From contig NIVC01000024.1 of the NCBI GenBank assembly GCA_002269645.1, forward strand, positions 248,001 to 312,000: a stretch of DNA of 64,000 nucleotides. The letters are read 5' to 3'. Numbering within the stretch: the stretch's first letter is position 1; each line of letters begins with the position of its first letter. The notes below the pieces were generated by a model. That model was not told the origin of the DNA. It searched no databases and worked only from the letters and a program-made list of their open reading frames with translations. A program made the position numbers and the translations under genes. Below are positions 55,901-64,000 of this stretch, piece by piece. The DNA comes from Macrostomum lignano. Lineage: Eukaryota.

Positions 55901-58900
55901 GTGGATATGTTAGTAGATGGACGGTGGACAGGCGGGTAGATAGATGGTAGATAGGTGGGTAGATAGACGGTAGATAGGTTGGTAGATAAACGGTAGATAG
56001 ATGGTAGATATGCGAGTAGATAGATTGTAGATAAATGGGTAGATAGACGGTAGATAGGTGGGTAGATAGACGGTAGATATGCGAGTAGATATATGGTAGA
56101 TAAGAGGTGTAGATAGACGGTAGATAGTTGGGTAGATATGCGAGTAGATAACTGGGTAGACAGACGGTGGATAGGTGATTATATAGGTGGGTAGATAGAC
56201 GTTAAATAGGTTGGTAGGTAGATAGTAGATATGCGGGTAGATAGATGGTAGATAGGTAGATAGATGGTAGATAGATGGTAGATAGGTAGATAGACATGAT
56301 CTTGAATTGAATAATTTTCATGTTTCCGACAGAGTAGAGCAGACAGGCGGGCAGTCAGGCAGCTTACTAAAAGAAGCGCAACTGCTTCCTAGATAGGCAA
56401 CAAGCAAAGTTGCCAAGCACAGGCAGCTGCACCTACCAGCCAGGCCGCCGCTAAGGAAGAACACAGCCGTGAGCAGCATGAGTGCGGCGTACAGCAGGCA
56501 GCCGAGCGCCACCACGGCCAGAAGGAAGTTGGCACCGACGCCACGGTTGCAGCAGCCGGAGTCCTCGTAGGGCGGCTCCCCAGCGCAGCCGTACACCAGC
56601 CCCATGTACAGCAGCAGCACCAGCAGCAAGCCGAAGGCGGCCATGCCGATGTACAAACAGTAGCGGAACATATCGAAATTGGCGGCGAATTCCCACAGAT
56701 TCTCATTCTGCCCGGTCAGCGGGTTTGGCAGTTGGATTTCGCTCAGATTGCTGTAGCCGCGAATCGAATTTGCCAGCTGCGACAGCGACGATTCGATTGA
56801 GTCCCACTGGGCCAGCAGCTGGCTGCCGTTGAGCTGGCTCAGCGACTCCGCGATGTACTTGTCGAACTGGAGAGAGTGGGAGTCGTTGCTCTGGTTTAAC
56901 TATTGCAAAACCATTGACCTCACTGCACCTTAATACTGGCCTCGCGTACATTTCCAACTTATCTCTATACTCTATAGGTCCATCCTTGCATCTCAAAACC
57001 TTCCCTCCCTTCATCTTGAACCTTTCTCACCCTTCATCTCAAACCCTTTAATCCCTGAATCTTAAACACTTCTCTCCCTTTATCTCAAACCCTTCCCTCG
57101 CTTCATCTCAAACCATTTCCTCCCTTCATCTCAAACCCTTCCCTCCCTTCATCTCAAACCTTCCCTCCCTTCATCTCGAATCCTTCTCTCCTTTCATCTC
57201 AAAGCCTTCTCTCCCTTCACCTCAAACCCTTCTCTTCCTTTATCTCAAACCCTTCTCACCCTTCATCTCAAACCCTTCCCTTCCTTCATCTCGAACCTTC
57301 CCTCCCTTCATCTCGAACCTTCCCTCCCATCATCTCGAATGATGCTTCATCTCGAGTTTGATCCCTTCATCTCGAGTTTGATCCCTTCATCTCGAACCTT
57401 CCCCTTGATCAAACAAGCAATCCCTTCATCTCACCATCTCCATGCCGGCAGTGCTAACATTAGCCAGCGCAGCCTCCGCCTCCATCAGCTTGAGCAGCGC
57501 AGCCGTGTCGTTGACTTCCCGCAGTCTGGCTAGCAGATCCTCAAGGCTCTGCCGGCCAGCGGACTCGGCGGTCTGGTCCACGCCGGCCACCCGGTGAACA
57601 GTCTCGTTCACCAGTCGGCAGTCATCGAGGCTGGCCCCCGCCGGACAGGCAAACTGCGGCTGAGTCAGATTGGTCCGAACCTGAGCGTAGCTGGCATTCA
57701 GAGCGGCCAGGCCTGTGGCATAGGTGCCCACAGCCGATATGTAGCGCTCGGTGCTGTTTCTGGCCAGGCGCAGCTGCTCGATGGCGTCTCGGACGGCGGC
57801 GAACGCGCCGGAAGCGTCGATGCCGGTCCCGTTGAAGTCGCCGGCCAGACGGGCCTGCAGGCGAGTCAGGGTGGCGTTGGCCCGCGGCCGGAGGACCTTG
57901 GTCGCGTTCTCGACAGCCTGCGGCGTGGCGTTGCGGCCTCGGTCGGCGGCGGAGTCCAGCAGGCCGGCCGTGGCATCCGCGGAGTCGGCGAATTCGTTGA
58001 AGACGCGGCCGGCGCTGAGCTGGTCGCGAAGCTGCTGATTGGCCAGCAGGGCGAAGACGCAGCCGAATCTGATGAAGCGGAGGGCGCACTCTCCCACTCA
58101 ATCTGGGATTATTGCTGAGATTCTCCCGGAATCTCTTTATGTACCACAGTGCAAGAAAAAATAATCCTACTGTCGGACTATCGAAAAATCTCATGGGAAG
58201 ATTATCCCACAGACAAGAAATCTCAAAGCACATGGGGAGATTATCCTAAAGACAAGAAATCTCGTGGAGAGATTATCCCACAGACAAGAAATCTCATGAG
58301 GAGATTATCCTACAGACAATAAATCTTATGCAAAGATTATCCTGCGGACAAAAATATTATGGGAGATTATCCTATAGGCAAGAAATCTCATGGGGAGATT
58401 ATTCTACACGCAAATATATCATTGGGAGATTATCCTTTAGAAAAATATTATGTCGAGATTATCCTACGGACAAGAAATCTCATTTAGAGATCATCCTACA
58501 GACAAAAATCTCATGGGAAGACTATCCTACCGGCAAAAATATTATGTAGAGATTATCCTACGGACAAGAAATCTCATGGGGAGATTTTCTTACAGGCAAA
58601 AATTTATGTAGAGATTATGCTACAGACAAGAAATCTCATGCAGAGATTATCCTACAGACAAGAAATCTCATGCAGAGATTATCCTACAGACAAGAAATCT
58701 CATTTAGAGATTATCCTAGCAGAAAGCCTATCCTAGCAAAAATATTATGTAGAGATTATCCTACGGACAAGAAATCTCATTTAGAGATTATCCTACAGAC
58801 AAGAAATCTCATGTAGAGATTATCCTACAGACAAGAAATCTCATGTAGAGATTATCCTACAGACAAGAAATCTCATTTAGAGATTATCCTACAGACAAGA

Positions 58901-61195
58901 AATCTCATGCAGAGATTATCCTACAGACAAGAAATCTCGTTCTCACTTCCGCACTATACACTAGACAGCAAATCCGCACAATAAACCAGAAAGCACAAAA
59001 CCCTACTCCAAGAAATTACGCAGCAAAAAAACCATTAATTTTTGCTGCGTGCTTTAATTAATTAACTCAAATAATAAAATCTCTCCGCATTAGGAATATC
59101 TATTAACCCGCCCACAATTCTGAAAATTTTCTTATATAAGCCGATTTGAGCAAACAAGCAGCCCCCCATAACTAAGATCCTTCCTAACATTAATAGCCGC
59201 GCAGATAATTTGACCAAAAAAATGTACAGCTAAGATACATGTTCGCATTATATAGATACATTCAGCGAATCGAAATTTGCCTTATCAAATTTGCACGCAA
59301 ATTCTTTTTCAATGCTAACACTTTTAACACTGAGCCTTAGAAGGAGACAATTTGGATTGCGGACTTATATTTGCTGGTATGCGTCCAGCGTCCCCCCGCC
59401 CTAAGCTTTTGCAAGCAAGAGAGAGCAATTTTTTCTTTCTGCTTCGATAAGACGCGAGATAAGAAAGAAATTTTGCCTGAAATTCTCGAGCTCTTCTCAG
59501 TGTCTGGGGCATTGTAGATGCTACTGGGCTGAAATGTTAAGTTGAGACAAAAACTTCAACTACACGATATGTAGAGAAAAACAACTTGGTAAAGCATAAA
59601 ATACCCTTTAGAGACGATATGTAGAGAAAAACAACTTGGTAAAGCATAAAATACCCTTTAGAGACGATATGTAGAGAAAAACAACTTTGTAAAGCATAAA
59701 ATACCCTTTAGACGATATGTAGAGAAAAACAACTTTGTAAAGCATAAAATATCCCTTAGATGATATGTAAAGAAAAACAACTTTGTAAAGCATAAAATAT
59801 CCCTTAGACGATATGTAGAGAAAAACAACTTTGTAAAGCCGAAAATATCTTTTAATATTGCGAAAATGCAGCGATATGTAGCGAAACTAAAACATTACAT
59901 TGAGGCTGCAATTTCTGTAGCGTGGGAAAGAATTCAATAAAAAGATATAAACTGCTGAAACACTCACAGCATAGCGGTGGCAAACATCAGCAGCAACAAG
60001 CCGTAGAGTCCCCGTCTGCAGCTGGAGCCCTTGCGCTCCATGTAGTTCAACTTGCCGCCGCACTTGTTGCAGCAGCAGCGGCAGCAGCAGACGCAGCAGC
60101 CAGCCAGTGGCACAAACATAATTAGGAAAGCGCCGATGCAAATTAGAATTGAATAACCAAGATAGCTGTTCATCCATTGCCGAGTGAGCTGCAGCGATTA
60201 CATGAAACAGGGATAATTAATTATGCTTGATGACGGACCAACAGCGCCAGACCTGTGTAACACCGTCAATTAATAAGCAAGCTAAATAAAAAGCAACGTA
60301 AGACTTACCGAATTCCAATGGCCACTAAGTAAATCCGAGGTTTTGCCGGCTAAAAAACAAAAGAATGAACAATATTTCTTTTCAAAGATTTTGAAATTTT
60401 TAGAATTTTTGAATTTGAATTTTTTCAAAGATTTTGAAAAAAATTCTTCCCCCCAAATGTATACACCCTGATTGAAAATCTCTTCCCCCAAATTGAAAAT
60501 CTCTTCCCCCAAATCTACGCACCCTGTTTGAAAATCTCTTCCCCCAAATGTACACACCCTGTTTGAAAATCTCTTCCCCCAAATGTACACACCCTGTTTG
60601 AAAATCTCTTCCCCCAAATGTACACACCCTGATTGAAAATCTCTTACCCCCAAATGTACACACCGATTGAAAATCTCTTCCCCCAAATGCACACACCCTG
60701 ATTCAAAATCTCTTCCCCCAAATGCACACACCCTGATTCAAAATCTCTTCCCTCAAATATACACACTCTGATTGAAAATCTCTTCCCTCAAATATAAACA
60801 CTCTGATTGAAAATCTCTTCCCTCAAATATAAACACTCTGATTGACAATCTCTTCCCTCAAATATACACACTATGATTGACAATCTCTTCTCTCGAAATG
60901 TACCAACTGCCGGTTTAAAGAACCTTTTTGCTCGAGATTTACATAGGAAACGTCACTAACAAAAGAAAGCAGCAAGTTAGTAAATTAACTCACTAATCAG
61001 TATGGGCACAATGTCCTTCAGTAAGACAGATTTTTCAGGCGGTTGAATCGCGTCCAAAAATGCTTCAGTTGCGCTGTACAGCGGCCTGAGCGACTGTTCC
61101 AGACTACTGGCGGAAGACATAGGCACTAAGCAGCAGCAAAGCAGCGCTAGAAGCAGAAGCATCGAAGCAGACAGATTGCAAGCCGATGACAACAT
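52981..61195 (-). CDS. prom: Prominin (pentaspan membrane glycoprotein), about 865 aa; complement(join(52981..53047,54091..54680,55413..55801,56437..56890,57435..58068,59968..60188,60309..60349,60994..61195)). 3' end tentative
   Basis: Signal peptide; Cys-rich linker after TM1 (GCCVCCCRCCCNKCGG..CRR); TM2 spliced to GCVFALLANQQL; TM3-4 around CCNRGVGANFL; EVCRYL; CNGESL; C..C..PYNGFWSGFGLC..LPCFVLAIKLANLYRK (TM5). All junctions are GT-AG with consistent phases (2598 nt). Confidence 0.88.
53070..54008. repeat. Intronic minisatellite, 29/30-bp unit (GAGTGTACATTGGGGTGTCTGGGGCCTAT / ...GGGTCACGT)
   Basis: Tandem array in prominin intron 7; explains the PNVHSRDPDT ORFs. Confidence 0.95.
54760..55360. 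repeat. Intronic minisatellite, about 25-bp unit (AAAAATATCCCATTCCTAAATCCCC)
   Basis: Tandem array in prominin intron 6. Confidence 0.93.
55808..56295. repeat. Degenerate GTAGATAGACG/GTAGATAGGTG repeat
   Basis: Fills most of prominin intron 5. Confidence 0.88.
56980..57430. repeat. Intronic minisatellite, about 22-bp unit (CCCTTCATCTCAAACCCTT)
   Basis: Prominin intron 4, abutting donor 57434. Confidence 0.9.
58190..58940. repeat. Intronic minisatellite, 32-bp unit (AGAGATTATCCTACAGACAAGAAATCTCATGT)
   Basis: Prominin intron 3. Confidence 0.92.
59563..59840. repeat. Tandem repeat, about 50-bp unit (GACGATATGTAGAGAAAAACAACTTTGTAAAGCATAAAATACCCTTTA)
   Basis: About 5-6 copies in prominin intron 3. 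Confidence 0.9.
60440..60895. repeat. Intronic minisatellite, 35-bp unit (TGAAAATCTCTTCCCCCAAATGTACACACCCTGTT)
   Basis: Prominin intron 1. Confidence 0.92.
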
Positions 61196-62074
61196 TCTAA
61201 TTATTCTGCCTCTTCTAATCCTGCTCGTTTCAATCTGCTTTGGCTACAGTTACTAATAATAGCTCGATGGTTCTCTTTGGCGCACTGAAATGCGGACAGA
61301 ATTGCTTAGAGAAAAACAACTGACAGAAACCTGTCGAGCTGAGCGATAAAAAGCGAGCAGGGGTATTTTATATGCTGGAAGGGAGAGAGATTCTAGAGCT
61401 ATTTCTGCATGCGATAAAACGAGCTCAACGATTGGTTCAATATGCGCGCATAATGTAGGCGCCTAAATGCACATTGTTCCAAACTGAAGGACATAGCTCG
61501 TATTTAGAATGTGCAGTTAGTAAGCATTTGGCTACACAATTGCCCAGCTCTAGCCACTCAATTCATGCAATTATTTTAATTATTTTATAGTCTCTATAAA
61601 TATGAAGCAACTAGTATTAAATTATTAAAAATAAGGAACGTTTGCTGGTAGAAAGCAAACTGCATAATATATAGCTCACTGAGTGAATATCTCTTTTGTT
61701 CTCATTGAGTACTTGCTCAGTATTAATCTCTTCCCTCTAGTAGAGACCAGCTGACAATTCAATGTGGAGTCAAGTCGATTTTTCAAGTCATGGGACCTTA
61801 CAGTATAGCAGTCTAATAATTTGAGCAGTTATAATAGCTGTCATAACCATAAATTATGCTGTTAAAACCAATGGGCTTTGTGCTGTGACAGCCAACTCAG
61901 GGAGCAGACTTTAAGAAATGCAAACTTTATTGTGTATTTGTCTAGCAGGGAATTATAAGCATAAAAGACTTAAAGAAGTAGTTATTATATTAGGTAGCAG
62001 CTGACAGCTGACGGAATATATTCTATACGAGTGGACCTCCTATGGAGGAGAAAGGGGAAGAACTCCCGTCGCCG

Positions 62075-62590
62075 GAATTCCATCTTCCTCTCTGCTCTCT
62101 CCTCACTCTTCCCATCTTCCTCTCTCCTATCCTCTATTTCCTCTCATTTCTTTTCTCTTCTCATCTTATCTATCATCTCGTCTTCTCTTTTTTCCTCTCG
62201 TCCCTTGATTCTCTCTCCTCACTACTTTCTCCTCTCTACTCGTTCCTCTATTCTCTCCTCTCATCCCTCTCCTCTCTACTCTCTCATCTCTACCCTCTCC
62301 CCTCTTCTTTCCTTTCTGCTCTCATTTCTTATATCTCCCATATTTGCCCTACCCTCTCCTTTCTCATCTCTCATTTTTCCTCTCCCCTCTCTTCTCTCTC
62401 ATCTCTTCTTTCTCCTGTTTCCTCTCACTTCTCTCCTCTTTCCTCTCTGGTCTCTCATCTTTCCTCTCTCTTCTCTCTCCTTTCTTCCCTCTCCTATTCT
62501 CTATTCTCTCCCTCTTCATTCCTGCCTCACTCCCCTACTCTCTCCCTTCTGTCATTTCTATCATCTCTCCTCTCTACTCTCTTTTCTGAC
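62075..62590. repeat. CT-rich low-complexity tract
   Basis: Almost pure pyrimidine on the + strand; explains the S/L/F-rich ORFs at 62031-62597. Confidence 0.9.
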
Positions 62591-64000
62591 TGACTGAAGG
62601 CGCCGATAATAAGACCGCTTCTTGGCTGCCGATGCAGCATGTCTAGAACGAGAAATATTTGCGCGTTTCGGCATTTTTGATTAATAAAATTTAAAAACGC
62701 TAATAGATAATAAGCAAAAGAAAGCAAACTGCTGTGGGTCGAGTTATTTTATTTTTTAAATCGTATGATATTCTATTGAATCAGCCAGACTTTTGATTTT
62801 GAGTAAAGACTCCTCTTCTGCCTTTTTAGGGATCTTAAAATGTGAAAATTAAAAATAAAATAGCCTTTAGCCTTTTCCGGAAAATTTGCAGTTTTTTCAT
62901 CTAATTTTTAACGCTGATTTGCAAGTAGCCTAGGAGAAAAGTTGCAACACACAGACAAACAAACATCGCTAGATTTTTTGTATATTTACAAGCTAGATTA
63001 GATTACCTACAATAGATGGGCCACTCCAGCCGCCTGGCGGCAGCGCGAAAACCCAGGGGATTTTGGCCATAGACTGTAGCTTCTGCAACATTAGCAGAAG
63101 CTAGTGTCTGTGGCCCTAACCCCTCGGCTTTTGGGGCCATCTAGGTAATATAGAATATATATTTTTGGAGACAGTGCTGTCTTTAAAAGTCACCATTTTT
63201 TAACAGTTGAATGGAACACACTCAGACTGTAAATCTGATCGCCTGCAGGAATCAAGGAAGCATTGGGAGATTGCTTCTGGCAGCTGCTATACACCGTGGC
63301 AGTTGCGCAAACACAATCATTGGCATAGCTTTTGTTCTCCCATCCACTGGACCCCAAGGTAAAGAAACCAAGCTTTAACCCGTGGGGTGCGCCCAGCCCC
63401 CGCCAATAGTTTTGGCAGGTTCACAGAGGACGCATTGGCGACCCTCATCTGGTCAGTATCTAGGACGAAGGTGCAAAGATCACAGATGTTGTCCAGGGTA
63501 GTCAGTATGCACCGTGGTCTCCTCTCCTATGCCACAGAAGACAGGTAGGAGGGTTGATGCTTGCTAGGATGGTGTTTGCTATGCACCATCAAGGACCCAA
63601 GTGGTGTTGCAGCTATTATTGGGCATTAAGCAGTTCTAGAATACCAAAGCGTATGAAAACTACCAAAGTAGAAGTTTGTTTTCTTTTTGAAAATGCTTCA
63701 ATCTACTTGGAGTATAAATCAACAACAATAAGGATATCGCCAGCTCCTAAAACAAAGGCTCAGTCCATGTGGAGTTTCTAAAATAGTGCATTTGAGGTGG
63801 TCCATTTGTCTCTTAGAGTGGGTTATTAATCAAATTGGAATAAAAATTCAATTTTTTTGTAAAGAAGTCCATTTTTTATAGTAAGCTTATCAGAAACTTT
63901 TGTGAAGAATTGTTTAGCTTGAGAAAATGAGTTCTAGTTATGAGACCAAACTATTTTCATGATGGGTTCAACAAATTTAGTATATATAATAATAATAATA

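Noticed and set aside
63000-63800. Possible retroelement remnant or ORF 63554-63781
   Set aside because: No recognisable RT, endonuclease or other motifs in the frames examined.

Overview
Intron-containing metazoan genomic DNA, not prokaryotic. GC-rich exons, about 100-nt minimal introns and many minisatellites suggest an invertebrate, plausibly the flatworm Macrostomum (inference only). Seven host genes were reconstructed by hand from GT-AG junctions with consistent phases: the 3' part of a RASEF/Rab45-like large Rab (+), RhoGDI (-), unkempt (+), a secreted C-type lectin/PAN-like protein (-), an ankyrin-repeat TRP channel with a TRPM-like pore and C-terminus (-), an orphan histone H1 (+) and prominin (-). 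Between the head-to-head RhoGDI and unkempt genes lie a decayed IS630/Tc1-mariner transposase and a complete 6,569-bp hAT-like DNA transposon (15698-22266). That element has 16-bp TIRs, an 8-bp TSD (GGCCTAAT), GTACGAC subterminal repeats and an apparently intact 9-exon, about 1140-aa transposase. Most long introns are filled by their own minisatellite, which explains most of the long low-complexity ORFs in the track. The most notable items are the intact multi-intron transposon and the ankyrin/TRPM-like channel.
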